From Auanema rhodensis (lineage: Eukaryota; Animalia; Nematoda), in the NCBI GenBank assembly GCA_964057225.1, contig OZ059894.1:13020001-13084000 (forward strand): a DNA stretch of 64,000 bases, in the 5' to 3' direction. The notes under the pieces were generated by a model, which ran no database searches, was not told the DNA's origin, and was given only the letters and a program-made list of their open reading frames with translations. Below, piece by piece: positions 13,401-25,839 of the stretch; position 1 is the first letter of the stretch; every line of letters begins with the position of its first letter. The position numbers and the translations under genes are program-made.

Positions 13401-16400
13401 ATAATGTTTTTAACAGTAAAGTAGATATAATTTTAATTATTTTGATACTCAAAAAATAAAACATGAAAATATTTTATAATTTTCCAATTCATTTTACTCT
13501 ATTTTCTTCATTTAATCATGTTTCTTGGAACAATTTTAAATTTTTACAATAATTTCGAAACAAATCATCCAGTTAATAATGTTTTTAACAGTAAAGTAGA
13601 TATAATTTTAATTATTTTGATACTCAAAAAATAAAACATGAAAATATTTTATAATTTTCCAATTCATTTTACTCTATTTTCTTCATTTAATCACGTATTT
13701 TGAAACAATCTCAAATTTTTACAATAGTTTTGAAACAATTCATTCGTTCATTAAGATTTTAAACAGTGAAAAAAAAAAGTTTGAATATTTTGAAACTCAA
13801 GAAATAAAACATGAAAATATTTTATATTTTTCCAATTCATTTTACTCCATTTTCTTCATTTAATCACGTATTTTGAAACAATCTCATATTTTTACAATAG
13901 TTTTGAAACAATTCATTCGTTCATTAAGATTTGAAACATTAAAAACGATCTTAATTTGAATTTTCTGATACTAAGAAAATAAAACATGGAAATATTTTAT
14001 AATTTTCCAATTCATTTTACTCCATTTTCTTCATTTAATCACGTATTTTGAAACAATCTCAAATTTTTACAATAGTTTTGAAACAATTCATTCGTTCATT
14101 AAGATTTTAAACAGTGAAAAAAAAAAGTTTGAATATTTTGAAACTCAAGAAATAAAACAGGAAAATATTTTATAATTTTCCAATTCATTTTACTCCATTT
14201 TCTTCATTTAATCACGTATTTTGAAACAATCTCATATTTTTACAATAATTTCCAAACAAATCATCCAGTTAATAATGTTTTTAACAGTAAAAAAGATATA
14301 ATTTTGAATATTTTGATACTCAAGAAATAAAACATGAAAATATTTTATAATTTTCCAATTCATTTTACTCTATTTTCTTCATTTAATCACGTATTTTGAA
14401 ACAATCTCATATTTTTACAATAGTTTTGAAACAATTCATTCGTTCATTAAGATTTGAAACATTAAAAACGATCTTAATTTGAATTTTCTGATACTAAGAA
14501 AATAAAACATGGAAATATTTTATAATTTTCCAATTCATTTTATTCCATTTTCTTCATTTAATCACGTATTTTGAAACAATCTCATATTTTTACAATAGTT
14601 TTGAAACAATTCATTCGTTCATTAAGATTTGAAACATTAAAAACGATCTTAATTTGAATTTTCTGATACTAAGAAAATAAAACATGGAAATATTTTATAA
14701 TTTTCCAATTCATTTTACTCCATTTTCTTCATTTAATCACGTATTTTGAAACAATCTCATATTTTTACAATAGTTTTGAAACAATTCATTCGTTCATTAA
14801 GATTTTAAACAGTGAAAAAAAAAAGTTTGAATATTTTGAAACTCAAGAAATAAAACATGAAAATATTTTATAATTTTCCAATTCATTTTATTCCATTTTC
14901 TTCATTTAATCACGTATTTTGAAACAATCTCATATTTTTACAATAGTTTTGAAACAATTCATTCGTTCATTAAGATTTGAAACATTAAAAACGATCTTAA
15001 TTTGAATTTTCTGATACTAAGAAAATAAAACATGGAAATATTTTATAATTTTCCAATTCATTTTACTCCATTTTCTTCATTTAATCACGTATTTTGAAAC
15101 AATCTCATATTTTTACAATAGTTTTGAAACAATTCATTCGTTCATTAAGATTTTAAACAGTGAAAAAAAAAAGTTTGAATATTTTGAAACTCAAGAAATA
15201 AAACATGAAAATATTTTATAATTTTCCAATTCATTTTACTCCATTTTCTTTATTTAATCACGTATTTTGAAACAATCTCATATTTTTACAATAGTTTTGA
15301 AACAATTCATTCGTTCATTAAGATTTTAAACAGTGAAAAAAAAAAGTTTGAATATTTTGATACTCAAGAAATAAAACATGAAAATATTTTATAATATTCC
15401 AATTCATTTTACTCTATTTTCTTCATTTAATCACGTATTTTGAAACAATCTCATATTTTTACAATAGTTTTGAAACAATTCATTCGTTCATTAAGATTTT
15501 AAACAGTGAAAAAAAAAAGTTTGAGTATTTTGAAACTCAAGAAATAAAACAGGAAAATATTTTATAATTTTCCAATTCATTTTACTCCATTTTCTTCATT
15601 TAATCACGTATTTTGAAACAATCTCATATTTTTACAATAATTTCCAAACAAATCATCCAGTTAATAATGTTTTTAACAGTAAAGTAGATAAAATTTTAAT
15701 TTATTTGATACTCAAAAAATGAAACATGAAAATATTTTATAATTTTCCAATTCATTTTACTCTATTTTCTTCATTTAATCACGTATTTTGAAACAATCTC
15801 ATATTTTTACAATAGTTTTGAAACAATTCATTTGTTCATTAAGATTTGAAACATTAAAAACGATCTTAATTTGAATTTTCTGATACTCAAAAAATAAAAC
15901 ATGAAAATATTTTATAATTTTCCAATTCATTTTACTCTATTTTCTTCATTTAATCATGTGTCTTGAAACAATCTCAAATTTTTACAATAGTTTTGAAACA
16001 ATTCATTCGTTCATTAAGATTTTAAACAGTGAAAAAAAAAGTTTGAATATTTTGATACTCAAGAAATAAAACATGAAAATATTTTATAATTTTCCAATTC
16101 ATTTTACTCCATTTTCTTTATTTAATCACGTATTTTGAAACAATCTCATATTTTTACAATAGTTTTGAAACAATTCATTCGTTCATTAAGATTTTAAACA
16201 GTGAAAAAAAAAAGTTTGAATATTTTGATACTCAAGAAATAAAACATGAAAATATTTTATAATATTCCAATTCATTTTACTCTATTTTCTTCATTTAATC
16301 ACGTATTTTGAAACAATCTCATATTTTTACAATAGTTTTGAAACAATTCATTCGTTCATTAAGATTTTAAACAGTGAAAAAAAAAAGTTTGAGTATTTTG

Positions 16401-19400
16401 AAACTCAAGAAATAAAACAGGAAAATATTTTATAATTTTCCAATTCATTTTACTCCATTTTCTTCATTTAATCACGTATTTTGAAACAATCTCAAATTTT
16501 TACAATAGTTTTGAAACAATTCATTCGTTCATTAAGATTTTAAACATTAAAAACGATCTTAATTTGAATTTTCTGATACTCAAAAAATAAAACATGAAAA
16601 TATTTTATAATCTCTTTTTTTTTAATAATTTTTAATTTATAAAATTTTTTTATTTAAAAAATATAAAATTTAAAATTTATAATCTCAAATTTTTACAATA
16701 GTTTTGAAACAATTCATTCGTTCATTAAGATTTTAAACAGTGAAAAAAAAAGTTTGAATATTTTGATACTCAAGAAATAAAACATGAAAATATTTTATAA
16801 TTTTCCAATTCATTTTACTCTATTTTCTTCATTTAATCATGTTTCTTGGAACAATTTTAAATTTTTACAATAATTTCGAAACAAATCATTCATTTAATAA
16901 TGTTTTTAACAGTAAAGAAGATATAATTTTAAATATTTCGATACTCAAAAAATAAAACATGAAAATATTTTAAAATTTTCCAATTCATTTTACTCTATTT
17001 TCTTCATTTAATTATGTTTCTTGGAACAATTTTAAATTTTACAATAATTTCGAAATAAATAATCCAGTTAATAATGTTTTTAACAGTAAAGTAGATAAAA
17101 TTTTAATTTATTTGATACTCAAAAAATGAAACATGAAAATATTTTATAATTTTCCAATTCATTTTACTCTATTTTCTTCATTTAATCACGTATTTTGAAA
17201 CAATCTCATATTTTTACAATAATTTCGAAACAAATCATCCAGTTAATAATGTTTTTAACAGTAAAGAAGTTATAATTTCAAATATTTTGATACTAAAAAA
17301 ATAAAACATGGAAATATTTTATAATTTTCCAATTCATTTTACTCCATTTTCTTCATTTAATCACGTATTTTGAAACAATCTCATGTTTTTACAATAGTTT
17401 TGAAACAATTCATTCGTTCATTAAGATTTTAAACAGTGAAAACGATCTTAATTTGAATTTTCTGATACTAAAAAAATAAAACATGGAAATATTTTATAAT
17501 TTCCCAATTCATTTTACTCCATTTTCTTCATTTAATCACGTATTTTGAAACAATCTCATATTTTTACAATAGTTTTGAAACAATTCATTCGTTCATTGAG
17601 ATTTGAAACATTAAAAACGATCTTAATTTGAATTTTCTGATACTAAAAAAATAAAACATGGAAATATTTTATAATTTTCCAATTCATTTTACTCCATTTT
17701 CTTCATTTAATCACGTATTTTGAAACAATCTCATATTTTTACAATAGTTTTGAAACAATTCATTCGTTCATTAAGATTTGAAACATTAAAAACGATCTTA
17801 ATTTGAATTTTCTGATACTCAAAAAATAAAACATGAAAATATTTTATAATTTTCCAATTCATTTTACTCTATTTTCTTCATTTAATCACGTATTTTGAAA
17901 CAATCTCAAATTTTTACAATAGTTTTGAAACAATTCATTCGTTCTGTAAGATTTTAAACAGTGAAAAAAAAAAGTTTAAATATTTTGATACTCAAGAAAT
18001 AAAACATGAAAATATTTTATAATTTTCCAATTCATTTTACTCCATTTTCTTCATTTAATCACGTATTTTGAAACAATCTCATATTTTTACAATAGTTTTG
18101 AAACAATTCATTTGTTCATTGAGATTTGAAACATTAAAAACGATCTTAATTTGAATTTTCTGATAGTAAGAAAATAAAACATGGAAATATTTTATAATTT
18201 TCCAATTCATTTTACTCCATTTTCTTCATTTAATCACGTATTTTGAAACAATCTCATATTTTTACAATAGTTTTGAAACAATTCATTCGTTCATTAAGAT
18301 TTTAAACAGTGAAAAAAAAAGTTTGAATATTTTGAAACTCAAGAAATAAAACATGAAAATATTTTATAATTTTCCAATTCATTTTACTCCATTTTCTTTA
18401 TTTAATCACGTATTTTGAAACAATCTCATATTTTTACAATAGTTTTGAAACAATTCATTCGTTCATTAAGATTTTAAACAGTGAAAAAAAAAGTTTGATT
18501 ATTTTGATACTCAAGAAATAAAACATGAAAATATTTTATAATATTCCAATTCATTTTACTCTATTTTCTTCATTTAATCACGTATTTTGAAACAATCTCA
18601 TATTTTTACAATAGTTTTGAAACAATTCATTCGTTCATTAAGATTTTAAACAGTGAAAAAAAAAAGTTTGAATATTTTGAAACTCAAGAAATAAAACAGG
18701 AAAATATTTTATAATTTTCCAATTCATTTTACTCCATTTTCTTCATTTAATCACGTATTTTGAAACAATCTCATATTTTTGCAATAATTTCGAAACAAAT
18801 CATCCAGTTAATAATGTTTTTAACAGTAAAAAAGATATAATTTTGAATATTTTGATACTCAAGAAATAAAACATGGAAATATTTTATAATTTTCCAATTC
18901 ATTTTATTCCATTTTCTTCATTCAATCATGTTTCTTGGAACAATTTTAAATTTTTACAATAATTTCGAAACAAATCATTCATTTAATAATGTTTTTAACA
19001 GTAAAGAAGATATAATTTTAAATATTTTGATACTCAAAAAATAAAACATGAAAATATTTTAAAATTTTCCAATTCATTTTACTCTATTTTCTTCATTTAA
19101 TCATGTTTCTTGGAACAATTTTAAATTTTACAATAATTTCGAAACAAATCATTCGTTCATTAAGATTTTAAACAGTGAAAAAAAAAGTTTGAATATTTTG
19201 ATACTCAAGAAATAAAACATGAAAATATTTTATAATTTTCCAATTCATTTTACTCTATTTTCTTCATTTAATCATGTTTCTTGGAAAAATTTTAAATTTT
19301 TACAATAATTTCGAAACAAATCATTCATTTAATAATGTTTTTAACAGTAAAGAAGATATAATTTTAAATATTTTGATACTCAAAAAATAAAACATGAAAA

Positions 19401-21440
19401 TATTTTAAAATTTTCCAATTCATTTTACTCTATTTTCTTCATTTAATCATGTTTCTTGGAACAATTTTAAATTTTACAATAATTTCGAAACAAATCATCC
19501 AGTTAATAATGTTTTTAACAGTAAAGTAGATATAATTTTAATTATTTTGATACTCAAAAAATAAAACATGAAAATATTTTATAATTTTCCAATTCATTTT
19601 ACTCTATTTTCTTCATTTAATCATGTTTCTTGGAACAATTTTAAATTTTTACAATAATTTCGAAACAAATCATCCAGTTAATAATGTTTTTAACAGTAAA
19701 GTAGATATAATTTTAATTATTTTGATACTCAAAAAATAAAACATGAAAATATTTTATAATTTTCCAATTCATTTTACTCTATTTTCTTCATTTAATCACG
19801 TATTTTGAAACAATCTCAAATTTTTACAATAGTTTTGAAACAATTCATTCGTTCATTAAGATTTTAAACAGTGAAAAAAAAAAGTTTGAATATTTTGAAA
19901 CTCAAGAAATAAAACATGAAAATATTTTATATTTTTCCAATTCATTTTACTCCATTTTCTTCATTTAATCACGTATTTTGAAACAATCTCATATTTTTAC
20001 AATAGTTTTGAAACAATTCATTCGTTCATTAAGATTTGAAACATTAAAAACGATCTTAATTTGAATTTTCTGATACTAAGAAAATAAAACATGGAAATAT
20101 TTTATAATTTTCCAATTCATTTTACTCCATTTTCTTCATTTAATCACGTATTTTGAAACAATCTCAAATTTTTACAATAGTTTTGAAACAATTCATTCGT
20201 TCATTAAGATTTTAAACAGTGAAAAAAAAAAGTTTGAATATTTTGAAACTCAAGAAATAAAACAGGAAAATATTTTATAATTTTCCAATTCATTTTACTC
20301 CATTTTCTTCATTTAATCACGTATTTTGAAACAATCTCATATTTTTACAATAATTTCCAAACAAATCATCCAGTTAATAATGTTTTTAACAGTAAAAAAG
20401 ATATAATTTTGAATATTTTGATACTCAAGAAATAAAACATGAAAATATTTTATAATTTTCCAATTCATTTTACTCTATTTTCTTCATTTAATCACGTATT
20501 TTGAAACAATCTCATATTTTTACAATAGTTTTGAAACAATTCATTCGTTCATTAAGATTTGAAACATTAAAAACGATCTTAATTTGAATTTTCTGATACT
20601 AAGAAAATAAAACATGGAAATATTTTATAATTTTCCAATTCATTTTATTCCATTTTCTTCATTTAATCACGTATTTTGAAACAATCTCATATTTTTACAA
20701 TAGTTTTGAAACAATTCATTCGTTCATTAAGATTTGAAACATTAAAAACGATCTTAATTTGAATTTTCTGATACTAAGAAAATAAAACATGGAAATATTT
20801 TATAATTTTCCAATTCATTTTACTCCATTTTCTTCATTTAATCACGTATTTTGAAACAATCTCATATTTTTACAATAGTTTTGAAACAATTCATTCGTTC
20901 ATTAAGATTTTAAACAGTGAAAAAAAAAAGTTTGAATATTTTGAAACTCAAGAAATAAAACATGAAAATATTTTATAATTTTCCAATTCATTTTACTCCA
21001 TTTTCTTTATTTAATCACGTATTTTGAAACAATCTCATATTTTTACAATAGTTTTGAAACAATTCATTCGTTCATTAAGATTTTAAACAGTGAAAAAAAA
21101 AAGTTTGAATATTTTGATACTCAAGAAATAAAACATGAAAATATTTTATAATATTCCAATTCATTTTACTCTATTTTCTTCATTTAATCACGTATTTTGA
21201 AACAATCTCATATTTTTACAATAGTTTTGAAACAATTCATTCGTTCATTAAGATTTTAAACAGTGAAAAAAAAAAGTTTGAGTATTTTGAAACTCAAGAA
21301 ATAAAACAGGAAAATATTTTATAATTTTCCAATTCATTTTACTCCATTTTCTTCATTTAATCACGTATTTTGAAACAATCTCATATTTTTACAATAATTT
21401 CCAAACAAATCATCCAGTTAATAATGTTTTTAACAGTAAA
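10457..21440 (-). repeat. About 5-kb near-identical duplication, about 10457-15683 and 16542-21440 (offset 6105, then 5757)
   Basis: Rare variants at a constant 6105 offset: atatttCgat (10834/16939), ctcatG (11280/17385), atttCcc (ending 11400/17505), gataGtaag (12061/18166), ttggaaAaat (about 13180/19285). ttgaGtatt (15525/21282) sits at offset 5757. Confidence 0.9.
16604..16686. other. Unique low-complexity A/T insert (16615-16675) flanked by the 11-bp direct repeat TTTATAATCTC
   Basis: TTTATAATCTC lies at 16604-16614 and 16676-16686. The 61 bp between contain only A and T and start with T9. The patch replaces about 50 bp of the normal monomer (ttttccaattc...gaaac). Confidence 0.85.
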
Positions 21441-24400
21441 AAAGATATAATTTTAAATATTTTGATACTCAAGAAATAAAACATGAAAATATTTTATAAT
21501 TTTCCAATTCATTTTACTCTATTTTCTTCATTTAATCACGTATTTTGAAACAATCTCATATTTTTACAATAGTTTTGAAACAATTCATTCGTTCATTAAG
21601 ATTTGAAACATTAAAAACGATCTTAATTTGAATTTTCTGATACTAAGAAAATAAAACATGGAAATATTTTATAATTTTCCAATTCATTTTACTCCATTTT
21701 CTTTATTTAATCACGTATTTTGAAACAATCTCATATTTTTACAATAGTTTTGAAACAATTCATTCGTTCATTAAGATTTTAAACAGTGAAAAAAAAAAGT
21801 TTGAATATTTTGATACTCAAGAAATAAAACATGAAAATATTTTATAATATTCCAATTCATTTTACTCTATTTTCTTCATTTAATCACGTATTTTGAAACA
21901 ATCTCATATTTTTACAATAGTTTTGAAACAATTCATTCGTTCATTAAGATTTTAAACAGTGAAAAAAAAAAGTTTGAGTATTTTGAAACTCAAGAAATAA
22001 AACAGGAAAATATTTTATAATTTTCCAATTCATTTTACTCCATTTTCTTCATTTAATCACGTATTTTGAAACAATCTCAAATTTTTACAATAGTTTTGAA
22101 ACAATTCATTCGTTCATTAAGATTTTAAACAGTGAAAAAAAAAAGTTTGAATATTTTGAAACTCAAGAAATAAAACATGAAAATATTTTATATTTTTCCA
22201 ATTCATTTTACTCCATTTTCTTCATTTAATCACGTATTTTGAAACAATCTCATATTTTTACAATAGTTTTGAAACAATTCATTCGTTCATTAAGATTTGA
22301 AACATTAAAAACGATCTTAATTTGAATTTTCTGATACTAAGAAAATAAAACATGGAAATATTTTATAATTTTCCAATTCATTTTACTCCATTTTCTTCAT
22401 TTAATCACGTATTTTGAAACAATCTCAAATTTTTACAATAGTTTTGAAACAATTCATTCGTTCATTAAGATTTTAAACAGTGAAAAAAAAAAGTTTGAAT
22501 ATTTTGAAACTCAAGAAATAAAACAGGAAAATATTTTATAATTTTCCAATTCATTTTACTCCATTTTCTTCATTTAATCACGTATTTTGAAACAATCTCA
22601 TATTTTTACAATAATTTCCAAACAAATCATCCAGTTAATAATGTTTTCAACAGTAAAAAAGATATAATTTTGAATATTTTGATACTCAAGAAATAAAACA
22701 TGAAAATATTTTATAATTTTCCAATTCATTTTACTCTATTTTCTTCATTTAATCACGTATTTTGAAACAATCTCATATTTTTACAATAGTTTTGAAACAA
22801 TTCATTCGTTCATTAAGATTTGAAACATTAAAAACGATCTTAATTTGAATTTTCTGATACTAAGAAAATAAAACATGGAAATATTTTATAATTTTCCAAT
22901 TCATTTTATTCCATTTTCTTCATTTAATCACGTATTTTGAAACAATCTCAAATTTTTACAATAGTTTTGAAACAATTCATTCGTTCATTAAGATTTTAAA
23001 CAGTGAAAAAAAAAGTTTGAATATTTTGATACTCAAAAAATAAAACATGAAAATATTTTAAAATTTTCCAATTCATTTTACTCTATTTTCTTCATTTAAT
23101 CATGTTTCTTGGAACAATTTTAAATTTTTACAATAATTTCGAAACAAATCATCCAGTTAATAATGTTTTTAACAGTGAAGAAGTTATAATTTCAAATATT
23201 TTGATACTCAAAAAAAAAAACATGAAAATATTTTATAATTTTTCAATTCATTTTACTCTATTCTCTTCATTAAATCACGTATTTTGAAACAATCTCAAAT
23301 TTTTACAATAGTTTTGAAACAATTCATTCGTTCATTAAGATTTTAAACAGTGAAAAAAAAAAGTTTGAATATTTTGAAACTCAAGAAGTAAAACATGAAA
23401 ATATTTTATAATTTTCCAATTCATTTTACTCCATTTTCTTCATTTAATCACGTATTTTGAAACAATCTCATATTTTTACAATAGTTTTGAAACAATTCAT
23501 TCGTTCATTGAGATTTGAAACATTAAAAACGATCTTAATTTGAATTTTCTGATACTAAGAAAATAAAACATGGAAATATTTTATAATTTTCCAATTCATT
23601 TTATTCCATTTTCTTCATTTAATCACGTATTTTGAAACAATCTCAAATTTTTACAATAGTTTTGAAACAATTCATTCGTTCATTAAGATTTTAAACAGTG
23701 AAAAAAAAAGTTTGAATATTTTGATACTCAAAAAATAAAACATGAAAATATTTTAAAATTTTCCAATTCATTTTACTCTATTTTCTTCATTTAATCATGT
23801 TTCTTGGAACAATTTTAAATTTTACAATAATTTCGAAACAAATCATCCAGTTAATAATGTTTTTAACAGTAAAGTAGATATAATTTTAATTATTTTGATA
23901 CTCAAAAAATAAAACATGAAAATATTTTATAATTTTCCAATTCATTTTACTCTATTTTCTTCATTTAATCATGTTTCTTGGAACAATTTTAAATTTTTAC
24001 AATAATTTCGAAACAAATCATCCAGTTAATAATGTTTTTAACAGTAAAGAAGTTATAATTTCAAATATTTTGATACTCAAAAAAAAAAACATGAAAATAT
24101 TTTATAATTTTTCAATTCATTTTACTCTATTTTCTTCATTAAATCACGTATTTTGAAACAATCTCAAATTTTTACAATAGTTTTGAAACAATTCATTCGT
24201 TCATTAAGATTTTAAACAGTGAAAAAAAAAAGTTTGAATATTTTGAAACTCAAGAAATAAAACATGAAAATATTTTATAATTTTCCAATTCATTTTACTC
24301 CATTTCCTTCATTTAATCACGTATTTTGAAACAATCTCATATTTTTACAATAGTTTTGAAACAATTCATTCGTTCATTAAGATTTTAAACAGTGAAAAAA

Positions 24401-25839
24401 AAAAGTTTGAATATTTTGAAACTCAAGAAATAAAACATGAAAATATTTTATAATTTTCCAATTCATTTTACTCCATTTCCTTCATTTAATCACGTATTTT
24501 GAAACAATCTCATATTTTTACAATAGTTTTGAAACAATTCATTCGTTCATTAAGATTTTAAACAGTGAAAAAAAAAAGTTTGAATATTTTGATACTCAAG
24601 AAATAAAACATGAAAATATTTTATAATATTCCAATTCATCTTACTCTATTTTCTTCATTTAATCACGTATTTTGAAACAATCTCATATTTTTACAATAGT
24701 TTTGAAACAATTAATTCGTTCATTAAGATTTGAAACATTGAAAACGATCTTAATTTGAATTTTCTGATACTAAGAAAATAAAACATGGAAATATTTTATA
24801 ATTTTCCAATTCATTTTACTCCATTTTCTTCATTTAATCACGTATTTTGAAACAATCTCAAATTTTTACAATAGTTTTGAAACAATTCATTCGTTCTGTA
24901 AGATTTTAAACAGTGAAAAAAAAAAGTTTAAATATTTTGATACTCAAGAAATAAAACATGAAAATATTTTATAATTTTCCAATTCATTTTGCTCCATTTT
25001 CTTCATTTAATCACGTATTTTGAAACAATCTCATATTTTTACAATAGTTTTGAAACAATTCATTCGTTCATTGAGATTTGAAACATTAAAAACGATCTTA
25101 ATTTGAATTTTCTGATACTAAAAAAATAAAACATGGAAATATTTTATAATTTTCCAATTCATTTTACTCCATTTTCTTCATTTAATCACGTATTTTGAAA
25201 CAATCTCATATTTTTACAATAGTTTTGAAACAATTCATTCGTTCATTAAGATTTTAAACAGTGAAAAAAAAAAGTTTGAATATTTTGAAACTCAAGAAAT
25301 AAAACATGAAAATATTTTATAATTTTCCAATTCATTTTACTCCATTTTCTTCATTTAATCACGTATTTTGAAACAATCTCATATTTTTACAATAGTTTTG
25401 AAACAATTCATTCGTTCATTAAGATTTTAAACAGTGAAAAAAAAAAGTTTGAATATTTTGAAACTCAAGAAATAAAACATGAAAATATTTTATAATTTTC
25501 CAATTCATTTTACTCCATTTTCTTCATTTAATCACGTATTTTGAATTAATCTCATATTTTTACAATAGTTTTGAAACAATTCATTCGTTCATTAAGATTT
25601 TAAACAGTGAAAAAAAAAAGTTTGAATATTTTGATACTCAAGAAATAAAACATGAAAATATTTCATAATTTTCCAATTCATTTTACTCTATTTTCTTCAT
25701 TTAATCATGTTTCTTGGAACAATTTTAAATTTTTACAATAGTTTTGAAACAATTCATTCGTTCATTAAGATTTTAAACAGTGAAAAAAAAAAGTTTGAAT
25801 ATTTTGATACTCAAGAAATAAAACATGAAAATATTTTAT

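Noticed and set aside
1-17700. The inverted arrangement as terminal inverted repeats of a Foldback or MITE transposon
   Set aside because: There are no defined termini, target-site duplication or internal transposase. The inverted arms are simply satellite in two orientations.
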